Positions 19,124 to 29,966 are shown, counted from the stretch's first letter. The stretch is 64,000 bases of DNA from Thermoplasmatales archaeon (GCA_027310185.1 DAIDBH010000014.1:203706-267705), one strand, 5' to 3'. Notes: generated from the sequence alone by a model not told the origin. Made by a program: numbers and translations.

Positions 19124-19741
19124 ATGACGGAGAAATATCCCATAGAAGCAGTTATTGAAGTTGAAAGGGACGACTGCAAGATTACCCAGGCAATAATGAA
19201 GATGAAAGGGGTAAAATCAGTAACGAGACTCAAGATAGAAGTTGATGAGACACTGCATCTGGTTGAGAAGGAGACATTTACGGATGAGGATATGAGAATC
19301 ATCAATTCCCTTTCAAAAAAGGTTGCAAAAACCGGTCCCGGTAAGTTGTGGATATATGGAAAGAGCTGTTCGGCCTGCAAGGCGCTGGCACTGAGCGAGG
19401 CGGTCATGGTTTCCAGTAAATCAGTTGACTCGAGGAAGATCCTTTTCAGGATCCTGGTTGAGAACAGAGTTTCACTGAAAAAATTGATGAAACAACTTGA
19501 AGCAGATCAGTTAAACCCAAAGATTGTTGAAGAACCGGATGAACAGAGGAATGAAATGTCAGATAGAGAACTGAGTGTGCTCAAGATGTGCTATGATCTT
19601 GGTTACTTTGAGAATGACAGGGCATCATCACTGACAGAGATAGCGAAAGTACTGGGTGTTTCAACATCATCCCTATCAGAAACATTAAGGAGGGCGATGA
19701 AAAAAACAGTGAGGGATTATCTCACAAGAAAGAATCCCTGA
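19124..19741 (+). CDS. HTH_10 (Bat-type) transcriptional regulator with an N-terminal CxxC domain
   Basis: C-terminal GYFENDRASSLTEIAKVLGVSTSSLSETLRRA; KSCSAC. Confidence 0.85.
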   Translation: MTEKYPIEAVIEVERDDCKITQAIMKMKGVKSVTRLKIEVDETLHLVEKETFTDEDMRIINSLSKKVAKTGPGKLWIYGKSCSACKALALSEAVMVSSKSVDSRKILFRILVENRVSLKKLMKQLEADQLNPKIVEEPDEQRNEMSDRELSVLKMCYDLGYFENDRASSLTEIAKVLGVSTSSLSETLRRAMKKTVRDYLTRKNP

Positions 19742-19819
19742 TATTTTTCCCTCTATTTTATTGCCTGTAACAATACCTGATTGAAATTCCTGGCTAATGA
19801 TATTTATTTCAAAAATGAA

Positions 19820-19840
19820 GAATCAGGTAATGCCTGATTC
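19820..19840. terminator. Hairpin between convergent genes (candidate terminator)
   Basis: GAATCAGG-taatg-CCTGATTC perfect 8-bp stem. Confidence 0.4.
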
Positions 19841-19858
19841 CCTGGTTTAGAAAGTAAT

Positions 19859-20629
19859 TTAAAGATTCAGTGCCCTTATTTTCATGGCCTTTTTGTAAAG
19901 TGAAGAAAACTCCTTGAAGTTCAGTTGCTGTTCCTTATCGCTCATTGCCTCTTCCGGCCTTGGATGCGTTTCTACCATTAATCCATCTGCTCCGGCCGCC
20001 ACCGCTGCCAGTGCAAGTGGTTCAACATATTCCCTTCTTCCTGCTGGATGACTTGGATCCACCACTATGGGGAATTTTACCTTTTTCCTGAGCACAGGAA
20101 TTGCCGAAATATCCAGGGTGAATCTGGTAGAAGTTTCGAACGTCCTGATACCCCTCTCAACGAGAATTATATCCTCGTTTCCACCAGCACTGAGATATCT
20201 GGAAGCCTGATAGAATTCCTCAACAGTGTTTCCGAATCCCCTCTTCAGAAGGACGGGTTTCGATTGTTTCGCCACGTCCTTTAACAGGGAAAAATTCTGA
20301 CAGTTCCTGCTTCCTATCTGCAATATATCTGCATATTCACTGACAAGTTCCAGTTCATCGTTTCCCATTACCTCGGTAACCACAAGCATATTGTATTTGT
20401 CTGCTGCTTCCCTCATTAGCTTCAATCCAGTTTCAGCGAGTCCCTGGAATGAATCTGGAGAGGTTCTGGGCTTGAACGCCCCTCCCCGCAGTATCTTTAC
20501 GCCCAGTGTTGACAGGAATTTGGCCGTCTCCATCATCTGGTCTCTGCTTTCCACGGCGCATGGGCCTGCAATAAACCTCAGGCTTCCTTCTGGAAAGAGT
20601 TCTCTAACATTATTCATTTCTTTCATCAT
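19859..20629 (-). CDS. aroF: DAHP synthase type I-beta, no regulatory domain
   Basis: [33 protein letters not shown]. Confidence 0.93.
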   Translation of the reverse strand: MMKEMNNVRELFPEGSLRFIAGPCAVESRDQMMETAKFLSTLGVKILRGGAFKPRTSPDSFQGLAETGLKLMREAADKYNMLVVTEVMGNDELELVSEYADILQIGSRNCQNFSLLKDVAKQSKPVLLKRGFGNTVEEFYQASRYLSAGGNEDIILVERGIRTFETSTRFTLDISAIPVLRKKVKFPIVVDPSHPAGRREYVEPLALAAVAAGADGLMVETHPRPEEAMSDKEQQLNFKEFSSLYKKAMKIRALNL

Positions 20630-21362
20630 CGTAATCACTTCCTTCTTTTTTAATTTCTACAACAAATTTTGGTTCTTTCAGAACAGATGTGCCTATAAGG
20701 TATCCATCAAATGGCATTTTGAGCAACTTCCTGAAATTGTCTCGGTCAAGACCACTTTCAAGGATCTTCACACCATGTTCTGCCATCATATCTACTACCT
20801 GATCTTCCTTCCCTTCCATCTTTAGGGTCCGTAGATTTCTTCGGTTATATCCACATATCACATTTCTTCCATGAGGTATCCTGTCAAAAACTTCCTTTTC
20901 GTGGAATTCGGCAAGTACATCCATATGCATGCTACCAGCGTATTCTGCCAGTTCTTCCAGCCGTGATGCTGGAAGGAAATCTGCAATCAATAATATGGCG
21001 TCAAATCCACAATTATATGAAGTTTCTATCATTTCCTCCCTGTCTATGAAATCCTTCATAAGAATCGGCTTTTCCAGTTTCTGCAGATTTAAGGCATCAG
21101 TGAAATTTCCTGAGAAGTGATCTGGCTCAGTGAGAACGCTGAACGCATCGGCATAATCATTGACATATTCTGCAAATTTCTCAGGACTTGAGAATGTGGG
21201 GCTGGAAAATCCCGAAGGCGACTCCCTCTTGTACTCTATGATCAGTCTTTTTCCCCCTTTACCCAGCACATTCTTCATCGATATTGGCTTCCTTGATCTC
21301 ATATCCTCACTTACGAGATTACGCTTTTCATTTTTCTTGTAAATCTGTTCAACTACATTCAA
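20610..21362 (-). CDS. trpC: Indole-3-glycerol phosphate synthase
   Basis: [37 protein letters not shown]. Confidence 0.93.
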   Translation of the reverse strand: MNVVEQIYKKNEKRNLVSEDMRSRKPISMKNVLGKGGKRLIIEYKRESPSGFSSPTFSSPEKFAEYVNDYADAFSVLTEPDHFSGNFTDALNLQKLEKPILMKDFIDREEMIETSYNCGFDAILLIADFLPASRLEELAEYAGSMHMDVLAEFHEKEVFDRIPHGRNVICGYNRRNLRTLKMEGKEDQVVDMMAEHGVKILESGLDRDNFRKLLKMPFDGYLIGTSVLKEPKFVVEIKKEGSDYDDERNE

Positions 21363-21363
21363 T

Positions 21364-21924
21364 TCAATCCCTCATGAAATTCTCCAGCAGCTGTCTTCCA
21401 TATTCGGAATAAAAACTCTCGGGATGGAACTGCACTCCAAATCTTTTCATATCTGGAGTATGAAAACCCATAATGCTGCCATCTGACTGGGAGATGCAGT
21501 CAGGTATTATTCCAGGAGAAGGACGCACTGTAAGGGAATGATATCTTATTGCCCTGAACTGCTTTGGTATGCCCTGATATAAGGGAGAATCTCCGTGTAT
21601 CATTGTGTCAACTTCTCCATGAAACTGGCGGTCCATTCGTTCAATCGCAGAACCATTGTTATATGCAATAACCTGATGACCGAAGCATATACCCAGGATC
21701 CTTGAATTCTTAACTTTGGTGAGGAATGTGTCAAGATCACCCCTGTCTTCATGAATCGATGGGCTTCCAGGTCCTGGAGAAATAACTATCCTGTCGTAAT
21801 CACTTACTCTTATACCACTCAGTTCATCATTCTTCACAACTTCCACGCTAGATCCGATTTCACCCAGAAGCTGTTCTATATTATACACGAACGAATCGTA
21901 ATTATCAATTAACAATATCTTCAT
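21364..21924 (-). CDS. trpG: Anthranilate synthase component II
   Basis: IDNYDSFVYN, SPGPG, GICFGHQ, RYHSL, QFHPES. Confidence 0.96.
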   Translation of the reverse strand: MKILLIDNYDSFVYNIEQLLGEIGSSVEVVKNDELSGIRVSDYDRIVISPGPGSPSIHEDRGDLDTFLTKVKNSRILGICFGHQVIAYNNGSAIERMDRQFHGEVDTMIHGDSPLYQGIPKQFRAIRYHSLTVRPSPGIIPDCISQSDGSIMGFHTPDMKRFGVQFHPESFYSEYGRQLLENFMRD

Positions 21925-23047
21925 TTAACTTACCTCCAACTGCTGAGTATGATTTCATCCTGATTTCGTCAACTTCCCTCTCTGGATCGGAATCCTTCAC
22001 AATGCCTGCACCGGATCTTACGAAATATCCATTTCCGTTTCCATAAATTGTTCGTATTGCCAGTGCCATGTCCATTCTTTGATCATCAATCAGGCCGAGG
22101 CATCCTGCATAGGGCCCTCTGGGAGATGTTTCAAGATCATTAATGATCCTTATTGCCCTGTCCTTAGGTGCTCCACTTACAGTGCCGGCTGGAAAAACAG
22201 CGTTTATGATTTCACTGTTTTCAAAACCTTTCCTGAGTCTTGATCTAACCTGGCTAACTATGTGCATTACAGATGAGAATCGCCTGATTTCCATGGATCT
22301 TTCAACATGCACGGACCCATATTCTGAAATCTTTCCCAGATCATTTCTTGCAAGATCTACGAGCATCCTGTGTTCCAGTAGTTCCTTTGGATCTGACAGC
22401 AAATCGCCTGCGATCGCCTCATTTTCCGTTTCTTCAGTAGAGACCTTTCTTGTGCCAGCGATAGGTTCTATCATCAATTCATCTCCGTCCCTGCTTATGA
22501 GATTTTCAGGGGAACTACCAAATATTTCATATTCATTGAACCTGAAATAGTAGACATACAGAGATCTATCCATTTTCAGGAATGATCTAACCATTTCCAC
22601 TGGATCAAGTGAAAACGGCCCGAATTCCCTTGAAATAACAACCTGAAGAGCTTCTCCATTCCTTATCCTTTCCCTTGCCTCGATTATTTTCCTTTCCATT
22701 TCAGGATCTTTTACTCTTTCCGTCATAGGTGAATGAACTGCCTCACGAGATCTCCTGTATTTTCCCCTTACTGTTGTTTCAGGAATCAGCATCAACAGAG
22801 GAGGGAAGAGTCCTTCCTTTGCCCTGGACTTAAATATACTGTTTACAAGTGAAAATGAAAGAATCACCGGTGTTTCCTCATGTATGTTCCTCAAAACGTC
22901 TGTGTTACTGGCTTCAACAACTTCTGTGCCTGAGATCAGGGTTTCCTCTCCTGTTAATCTATCTTCGTCCACAAATTTACAGAAATATGCAAAGTTTTTA
23001 TTTCTCCTTTTGAGTTCTTTTACGGTTGCTAAAACATCACTTTCCAT
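21905..23047 (-). CDS. trpE: Anthranilate synthase component I (short form)
   Basis: PIAGTR, EHRMLVDLARNDL, FPAGTVSGAPK, GAGIVKDS. Confidence 0.93.
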   Translation of the reverse strand: MESDVLATVKELKRRNKNFAYFCKFVDEDRLTGEETLISGTEVVEASNTDVLRNIHEETPVILSFSLVNSIFKSRAKEGLFPPLLMLIPETTVRGKYRRSREAVHSPMTERVKDPEMERKIIEARERIRNGEALQVVISREFGPFSLDPVEMVRSFLKMDRSLYVYYFRFNEYEIFGSSPENLISRDGDELMIEPIAGTRKVSTEETENEAIAGDLLSDPKELLEHRMLVDLARNDLGKISEYGSVHVERSMEIRRFSSVMHIVSQVRSRLRKGFENSEIINAVFPAGTVSGAPKDRAIRIINDLETSPRGPYAGCLGLIDDQRMDMALAIRTIYGNGNGYFVRSGAGIVKDSDPEREVDEIRMKSYSAVGGKLNEDIVN

Positions 23048-23645
23048 ATCCAGCCTCCCTGAAAAAATTCCTGATCTTTAAGGCATCCTTCTTTCCAGGA
23101 TAGGCTTCAAGCCCACTGCTGGCATCCACAAATCCCGGGTGGTAATCAATGATTTTTCTTATGTTTTCCGGGTTTATCTTTCCAGCCACACCCACCTTTT
23201 CATTGAGGAAGGATCTTATATCCTGCATTTTCCCTGATATGCCACTCCTGCTTTCGAGAAGCACAAGATCCGCTTTTCTTGTTCTTTCCTTCATTGTGAC
23301 TGATTCTATTACCTCCCGATCAACATCGATCACGGAAATTATCTTTCTTCCATCCTCCCTTATCCTGTCAATATCCTGGGCCGCGTTTGGAAAATGAAGC
23401 TGTGCATAATCTTCTCCTGAGTCGTACTTTAAGCATGTTTCCATATCTGTATAAACTGAGGCCACATTCATCCCATATTCCTTCAGCTCCATCACCAGCT
23501 CCCTTGACCCCTTCCTCGGGGATATATCTGACAGGACTACTCCTATTATGGATGCACCTGAATCCCTTGCAATTCTTGCATCTTCAAAATTTGTTATTCC
23601 GCATACCTTAAAAAACAGAGGATATCGCCTCCTGTACCTTTCCAC
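23037..23645 (-). CDS. trpF: Phosphoribosylanthranilate isomerase (start uncertain, possibly CTG at 23618)
   Basis: KVCGIT, QLH, VAGKINPENI, VDASSGLE..PGKKD. Confidence 0.9.
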   Translation of the reverse strand: MERYRRRYPLFFKVCGITNFEDARIARDSGASIIGVVLSDISPRKGSRELVMELKEYGMNVASVYTDMETCLKYDSGEDYAQLHFPNAAQDIDRIREDGRKIISVIDVDREVIESVTMKERTRKADLVLLESRSGISGKMQDIRSFLNEKVGVAGKINPENIRKIIDYHPGFVDASSGLEAYPGKKDALKIRNFFREAGYGK

Positions 23646-24627
23646 CGGTTATCTCATTGAGCTTCTCGACTGCCATCCCATTTTTTATGCTCCTGTATGC
23701 TGTTCCATAAGCTTCCTTCATGTCTCCTGAAATGCCATTCAGTATCAGGCATGGCGCTGCATTAAGTGCAATGAATTTTGCAGCTGATTCGTTCCTGCCA
23801 CTCAGCCCTCCAAGTGTTTTTACAAATATCTCGTCCTTATTCTGGCCTGTGACCTCATCTTCCTCTATTCTTCCTTCTGTTATTCCCCTTGCTTCAATTT
23901 CTTTCCTTTTTATTTCCTGATCTACAAAGGAGAGCGTGGACTTTCCACTGAATGAGATTTCGTCCATGCCGTCATTCCCCATGACAATAATCCCCTTCCT
24001 GTTCTGTATCCTGATGACATTTGAGAAGATATCCATTACCTGCGGTTCTGTGCAGCCTATTACAATTCTTCCAGGATTCAAGGGATTTGTCAGTGGTCCC
24101 ATGAGATTGAATATGGTTCTGTGCCCCAGTTTCTTCCTTACAGGTGAGAATTTCTTGAATGCTTCATTATAGTGTGATGCTAGAATGAAGACAAATTTTC
24201 TTGATTCCAGGTCAGACCTGATTTCATCCTCGTTTCTTGCAAACCTGTATCCTGCCTTCTCCATGAAATCGGCCCCACCAGATTTCCCGGTTATGCTTCT
24301 ATTTCCATGTTTTCCCATTACTATTCCAAGAGAACTGCATACTAAGGATGCTGCCGTGCTCACGTTTATTGTTCCCTTCATGTCCCCACCTGTTCCAACA
24401 ATATCAGTGCATCCAGGATATTCACCAACAGACGCAAGTTTCCTCAGTCCCTTTGAGAAGCCAGAGATTTCATTCAGATCCTCGCCCCTGACATGTATTG
24501 CTGAAAGAAAGGCAGCCCTTTCTGAGTCATTTACATCTGGCCCAGAAAGATAAGCTGGCAGCCTTTCCATTTCACCTTCACTAATGTGTATTCCTTCTAT
24601 GATTTTCATAACAGTTTCAGATACCAT
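23608..24627 (-). CDS. trpD: Anthranilate phosphoribosyltransferase
   Basis: DIVGTGGD, NVSTAA, KHGNRSITGKSG, RTIFNLMGPLTNP, GMDEIS. Confidence 0.96.
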   Translation of the reverse strand: MVSETVMKIIEGIHISEGEMERLPAYLSGPDVNDSERAAFLSAIHVRGEDLNEISGFSKGLRKLASVGEYPGCTDIVGTGGDMKGTINVSTAASLVCSSLGIVMGKHGNRSITGKSGGADFMEKAGYRFARNEDEIRSDLESRKFVFILASHYNEAFKKFSPVRKKLGHRTIFNLMGPLTNPLNPGRIVIGCTEPQVMDIFSNVIRIQNRKGIIVMGNDGMDEISFSGKSTLSFVDQEIKRKEIEARGITEGRIEEDEVTGQNKDEIFVKTLGGLSGRNESAAKFIALNAAPCLILNGISGDMKEAYGTAYRSIKNGMAVEKLNEITGGKVQEAISSVF

Positions 24628-25351
24628 TGAGACCATCCTCCAGCATTCTAATTTTTGAGTCAAACCCTGCCGTGTCCCCTGTTTCCATGAATGGCACCAG
24701 GCTTGAACCTACAGCGATGCCATCTGCACCGGACTCCCTTAATTCCCTTATTTCTTCTGTACTGTTGATTCCAAATCCAAATATCAACTCACGTCCTGGA
24801 CACAGTTCCTTTATCCTGTTTACCATCAGATCTATGCTAACAGGTACCCTTATCCCGGTGGAAGGTTGCAGCCCATGATAGATCCAGTCATTTGTCCTTG
24901 ATGCAATATCCCTGATCACAGTATCCGGAGTGGATGATGTGAAAAATGGGATAAGTGAAAGCCCAGATTCATTCATCTTCCTGATAAGCTCATCCCTTTT
25001 TGAAAAGTAATCTGTCAGCAAATCCGGTATTATTGCCCCGCTGAAACCCATTGACTTCAGGTTTCCAAGAAATTCACTTTCATTACCTATAAAATGGTTG
25101 TAATAAACAAGCGTGTATACCTTTATGCCCTTTGAAATGGCAGTTCTCAGGGTTTTTCTCAGCATTTCTTCTGAATAGTTTGCCCTTGCCCTGCTATGGG
25201 TCTTCCTGATCACCGGTCCATCGTAATATGGATGATCGGTGGGTATTCCAAGCTCAAGGTAGTCATACCTGTGATTGAGGGATTGATCAAAGAATCTCTG
25301 GAAGGTTTCCCTGTCTGGATATGGAAATGTGAAGTAGAGTGCCAGCTTCAT
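24617..25351 (-). CDS. trpA: Tryptophan synthase alpha chain
   Basis: LELGIP...PYYDGPVIR, IIPDL, GFGI, DGIAVGS. Confidence 0.93.
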   Translation of the reverse strand: MKLALYFTFPYPDRETFQRFFDQSLNHRYDYLELGIPTDHPYYDGPVIRKTHSRARANYSEEMLRKTLRTAISKGIKVYTLVYYNHFIGNESEFLGNLKSMGFSGAIIPDLLTDYFSKRDELIRKMNESGLSLIPFFTSSTPDTVIRDIASRTNDWIYHGLQPSTGIRVPVSIDLMVNRIKELCPGRELIFGFGINSTEEIRELRESGADGIAVGSSLVPFMETGDTAGFDSKIRMLEDGLNGI

Positions 25352-25352
25352 C

Positions 25353-26594
25353 CTAATCCCTTATTATGGAAAGGTCGAGTAATCCATGTCCACTGAGGTT
25401 GAATACCACTGTCTTTCCCTGATTTTCAGGGTTCCTGCAGTAATCAATCACTGTTGCGATTGCGTGGGATGATTCCGGTGCTGGCACTATACCCTGGGTT
25501 CTGGCAAACAGTTCCATGGCCTGCATACTCCTCTCCTCTGTAACTTCATCTGTCTTTATTCTTCCATTTTTGATCAGGAGGGATAGGGCAGGAGCTGCAC
25601 CGTGATATCTTAATCCTCCGGCATAGATAGATGGTGGAATAAAATCAGCCCCAAGGGATAACATCTTCAATTCCGGCATTATACCTGCCGTGTCTATGAG
25701 ATCGTACTTGTAATTTCCCTTACTGAATTTCGGGACCTCACTTGCAGCGGTTGCAATCATTTCTGAATCCCCGCCAACAAAGGGGAATGTGAACCCTGAA
25801 AAGTTGCTTCCTCCTCCAACACAGCCAATGAGTGTGTCAGCCTTTTCTCCTATTGCTTCAAGCTGCTTTTTTGTTTCCTGACCGATCACGCTCTGATGGG
25901 TTATTACAGCATTTTCCACACTTCCCATCATGTATTTAAGATCATGATCAAGGGCATACTGAACTGCCTCACTGATCGCTATGCCTAATGTTCCAGGATG
26001 ATTCGGGTTTTCTGAAAGTATCTTCCTCCCGTACTCAGTCATGTTGCTTGGACTTGGATATGTATTCCCTCCATACAGCTTGATGATCTTCTTCCTCAAT
26101 GGCTTCTGTTCATAGCTCACCTTTACCATGAAGACAGTTGACCTGATCCTGTTTAGAGTTGCTGCAAGGGCTGTGGCTGTTCCCCATTGCCCTGCACCTG
26201 TTTCTGTGACAACTTCCTCAACGCCCTCCTTTCTTGCATAATATGCCTGTGGGAGTGCGGTGTTTATCTTGTGTGAGCCTGTGGCAGTTGCCCCTTCATT
26301 CTTGAAGAAGATCTTTCCCCTGAAATTCAGCAGCCTCTCCATGTTTATTGCCCTCACAAGAGGTGTGGGTCTTCCAATCTGCAGATACTGTTCTATAACC
26401 TCATCGGGTATATCCTCATACCTGCTTGATGTGAACTCCTGCCTGAGTATTTCCTTTGGCAGGATCCTGTTCAGAAGATCTATGGATGATTTCTCTGAAT
26501 CATGATCTCTTGGTGGTGAAAGTGGTTCTGGAAGATCAGGGACTATGTTATACCATTTTCTCGGTATTATTTCCTCCTTTGTTATTTCGTACAT
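25353..26594 (-). CDS. trpB2: Tryptophan synthase beta chain, type 2 (TrpB2)
   Basis: [20 protein letters not shown] (PLP lysine), [26 protein letters not shown]. Confidence 0.95.
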   Translation of the reverse strand: MYEITKEEIIPRKWYNIVPDLPEPLSPPRDHDSEKSSIDLLNRILPKEILRQEFTSSRYEDIPDEVIEQYLQIGRPTPLVRAINMERLLNFRGKIFFKNEGATATGSHKINTALPQAYYARKEGVEEVVTETGAGQWGTATALAATLNRIRSTVFMVKVSYEQKPLRKKIIKLYGGNTYPSPSNMTEYGRKILSENPNHPGTLGIAISEAVQYALDHDLKYMMGSVENAVITHQSVIGQETKKQLEAIGEKADTLIGCVGGGSNFSGFTFPFVGGDSEMIATAASEVPKFSKGNYKYDLIDTAGIMPELKMLSLGADFIPPSIYAGGLRYHGAAPALSLLIKNGRIKTDEVTEERSMQAMELFARTQGIVPAPESSHAIATVIDYCRNPENQGKTVVFNLSGHGLLDLSIIRD

Positions 26595-26703
26595 AATCCA
26601 GTAATGTAATGTTCATATTTATACATTAATGCTTATAATCCCATATCTAAAATATTAATTTAGTGCTATAAAATTTAAAAGTGTTAGCCCTCAAAATGCT
26701 GAA

Positions 26704-27357
26704 TCATTCTTTTACACCCCTGTGTATATACACAGAACCTGCTCCCAGCCTGAATGTCTCAACATTTGTGTAACCTGATTTCTTCATCATCTGTGCAAAA
26801 GTTAAAGGTGTTACAAAATTTTTTACTGAATTTGCCAGGTACGTATAAGCTTCTGTGTGGGATACCCTGTTCATTATTGGGGGAACTAACCTGTAGAAAT
26901 ATACCCTGAAGGCAGGTGCTATGAAGTTTTTTCCAGGGTCAAATATATCCATGTTGCAGAATATGCCTCCATGCTTGAGAGTCCTGTATGATTCATCCAT
27001 ATAATTCTGCAGTGTCGGAATGTTTCTTGTCAGGAAGCAGGAGACACACCTGTCAAATTCTCCATCGTCAAATGGCAATTTCTCTGCTGATGCGACGGTG
27101 AAATTCACATTCTTGATTGGCCTTGGAAACATTTCCTTAGTCAGATCTACGGCATCTATCATAAGGTCCGGCATTCTTTTCAACATCTCTTCAGTGACCT
27201 TTCCGGACCCTGCACCAATATCTTCGACCCTCATTCCAGGTTTAATGTCAAGAAGATCAATCACTATTCTTCTCCATCTCCTGTCCATGCCAAAACTCAT
27301 CAGGGAATCGATGAAGTCATATTTAGTGCTTATCGACTTGAATATCTCCCTGACCAT
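26704..27357 (-). CDS. UbiE/MenG family quinone C-methyltransferase
   Basis: YDFIDSLMSFGMDRRWR, DIGAGSG, AEKLPF, AYTYLANSV. Confidence 0.88.
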   Translation of the reverse strand: MVREIFKSISTKYDFIDSLMSFGMDRRWRRIVIDLLDIKPGMRVEDIGAGSGKVTEEMLKRMPDLMIDAVDLTKEMFPRPIKNVNFTVASAEKLPFDDGEFDRCVSCFLTRNIPTLQNYMDESYRTLKHGGIFCNMDIFDPGKNFIAPAFRVYFYRLVPPIMNRVSHTEAYTYLANSVKNFVTPLTFAQMMKKSGYTNVETFRLGAGSVYIHRGVKE

Positions 27358-27376
27358 GACCTCCTTTTCCAGACTA

Positions 27377-27682
27377 TCACCTTATCATTTTGGCGAACTG
27401 TGCATGAGGCACTCCTGAAATTGTGATTATGTTTCCCCTTTCAACAATTTTGCATTTTATTGCAAGTTCAACGGTGTTAATGCCTACAAAATTTCCTATT
27501 GTGCACATGCCCATGCTCTCAGCTAGAAATTTTTCAGTTACCTTTGTTGAACCATAGAAAGATTCCTTCACATCTATATGAAGAATGCCCTCCCTGAGTT
27601 CCTTCCCGATCAGATCTTCATCTGCTGCGCTTAAAATAACCTCACCCCTTATCTGCGTGAGCTTAGCCCTATACGCTTTCAT
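27377..27682 (-). CDS. DUF424 family protein
   Basis: ILSAADEDLIGK...ESFYG...NFVG...GVPHAQ. Confidence 0.85.
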   Translation of the reverse strand: MKAYRAKLTQIRGEVILSAADEDLIGKELREGILHIDVKESFYGSTKVTEKFLAESMGMCTIGNFVGINTVELAIKCKIVERGNIITISGVPHAQFAKMIR

Positions 27683-27687
27683 CCCAA

Positions 27688-29844
27688 TCACACCCTGTCG
27701 ATGTATCCTGGTCCTGGGCTGTACAGGTAGCCAGTGCCCTTTGCCCTCTCAAGAGATTTTGCAAATTTCTCCCTTGGGATTCCACGTTCTAAAGCTGATT
27801 TCAGCACATCCAGTTCCTTTACAAGGCTGCCATCAGATCCCTTTAGGTCTGCTATTATCTCATAAATTATCTCAAGGTCCGATCTCTGCCTGGCACTGGT
27901 TCCTGTCATCAATAGATCTATGTCAACACCTTCGTCATCGCTTGCCACATCTTTGAGGTAAGAATCCACTATTCTCTTTGCAAGCATTGCATCATCAATC
28001 GAGACAAATTCTGATAACCTTGCCTTGGCAGCTGCCTCTGCAAGCCTTATGGTTGACTCCAGCTGCCTTGCAGTTATGGGCACTGATTTGTATTTCCCGA
28101 TCTGGTGGCCGGTATTCCTTGTGAGGACATACTCCTGACTGAGATATTCCATTGCCTCGTCTGTCAACCTTGGAACAATGTGCCCCTTTGCGTAAGCTAC
28201 ATACTTCCTCAACATCTCCCTTGGAATTGGTGGCTCATATTTTCTCTCGTTGTCTCCGATGCTTCCATCTTCAACATTATTCATTTCCATGCTCTTGAAG
28301 ATTTCTCCGAGCCTGTGAACTTCAAGTACGTGATCTGCAAGGTTCTTGTCCCTTTCCTGGTCAGGATTGTCTATAAGCTTGAAAATGACGTCGAATCTTG
28401 AAATGAGAGGCAGTGGGAAATCTAGCTGCTTCATGAAATCCTCCTCCGCATCAAACCTTCCATTCTTCGGGTTTGCCGCGGCAAGGACAGAGCACCGTGA
28501 TTTCAGTGTTGCCATGATTCCCGCCTTTGATATTGTTACAGTCTGCTGTTCCATGGCCTCATGCATGGCTGATGTATCCCTTTCATCCATCTTATCAAGC
28601 TCATCTATGGATACAAACCCATTATCAGCTAGAACAAGTGCTCCCGCCTCCAGTGTCCATCTACCCTCCCCGAATTCATCTCTCACTGCAGCAGCAGTCA
28701 AACCTGCAGCACTCGAACCTTTTCCAATTGCCATCACGCCTCTTGGTGAGATCTCCGACATGTACCTTAGCAGCTGTGACTTTGCCGTTCCCGGATCACC
28801 AACCATGAGTATGTGTATATCCCCCCTTATTATTGTCCCATCCTTCATGAATTTCCTGACGCCTCCAAACATCTGCAGAACAAGTGTTTTCTTGATGTTA
28901 TCGAGGCCGTAGATTGTTGGTGCTATGGAATCTGCCAGCTTGTCTATGATCTTTGGATCTCTGGAAAGTTCCCTTATGCTTTCTTCTTCCGCATCACTGA
29001 TCTTAATTTCATCCAGTTCCTTAGTGGTTTTCCTGAAATTTATTGCATACAGAAATATATTAAATTCTGTCAGCAGGTTTCCCGAATAGATCTTCTGCTC
29101 TGCCCTCAGGATTCCATCCATTGTTACCCTGTCTCCAGGGAATAGCTTTCCGGAAAGATCGTCTTCAACTATAACGGTGAGCCTCAGGGGTTGTGCACCT
29201 CCATTTATGGTTTCCGGATTCTCCTGAAGTTCTATCTTTTCTGTATCAATGAACTGTGAATCTTCTATAATTAGTGAAAACCTTGCCTTGGGCTTCTCAC
29301 CGTGGCACTCCTCATTGGAACATCTTTCAGGTTCCTCAAGCTTTCCCCTGTTCTGCAGTACAAATGTTCTTGAGCCACACAGTGAGCATTGAAATGCTGC
29401 ATTGTACAGTCTCGGAATCACTTCTGTATTTTTCCTGATGATACCGGTGATACTGAGAAGTTTTCCAACATTCATGCTTCTAATATTCCTTATATCGATC
29501 CCGAGATGCTCAGGCAGATTGAATAGCCTTATGTTTATGATTATGGAATTTGAGTCCTTAATAAGGTAGTTCCAGCCTGAGTTGGAAATAAATTTCCTGA
29601 CCCTAGATATGGCAAGCTCTATTGCCTCCTCAGAATTCTGAAGAACATAGGTGGCGAAATCAACATCAAATTCATCTATATCCTCATAGGATATGAAAAG
29701 ACTGCGCTGCTCTGGATAATGCGAGCTCAATTCGGTTATCTTGTCATAATAATGATACTCCTGAAAAAAGGCGTCCCATAGGCTTTCTTTCTGATCCCTA
29801 TCTAGCCTTATCTTTTCTGTTGACTGGACATGATCGTTGAACAT
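27688..29844 (-). CDS. mcm: MCM replicative helicase (no intein)
   Basis: C4 zinc finger, GDPGTAKS Walker A, IDELDKM Walker B, SRFD arginine finger. Confidence 0.97.
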   Translation of the reverse strand: MFNDHVQSTEKIRLDRDQKESLWDAFFQEYHYYDKITELSSHYPEQRSLFISYEDIDEFDVDFATYVLQNSEEAIELAISRVRKFISNSGWNYLIKDSNSIIINIRLFNLPEHLGIDIRNIRSMNVGKLLSITGIIRKNTEVIPRLYNAAFQCSLCGSRTFVLQNRGKLEEPERCSNEECHGEKPKARFSLIIEDSQFIDTEKIELQENPETINGGAQPLRLTVIVEDDLSGKLFPGDRVTMDGILRAEQKIYSGNLLTEFNIFLYAINFRKTTKELDEIKISDAEEESIRELSRDPKIIDKLADSIAPTIYGLDNIKKTLVLQMFGGVRKFMKDGTIIRGDIHILMVGDPGTAKSQLLRYMSEISPRGVMAIGKGSSAAGLTAAAVRDEFGEGRWTLEAGALVLADNGFVSIDELDKMDERDTSAMHEAMEQQTVTISKAGIMATLKSRCSVLAAANPKNGRFDAEEDFMKQLDFPLPLISRFDVIFKLIDNPDQERDKNLADHVLEVHRLGEIFKSMEMNNVEDGSIGDNERKYEPPIPREMLRKYVAYAKGHIVPRLTDEAMEYLSQEYVLTRNTGHQIGKYKSVPITARQLESTIRLAEAAAKARLSEFVSIDDAMLAKRIVDSYLKDVASDDEGVDIDLLMTGTSARQRSDLEIIYEIIADLKGSDGSLVKELDVLKSALERGIPREKFAKSLERAKGTGYLYSPGPGYIDRV

Positions 29845-29966
29845 AATTTACCATATGTCAGTATGTATTAATGAATTTTGTTTTGATTTTTCTAATAAAT
29901 ATAGTCAGACATTAACATGATTTACCTTTTGCGCCTGATAGTATTGATCCTACTCAGTAAGGCAAT

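Noticed and set aside
28346-28912. Long antisense ORFs, such as 188 aa opposite mcm and others opposite rpo, trp and pyk
   Set aside because: These are shadow ORFs of conserved genes with Ser/Ile/Phe-biased antisense composition
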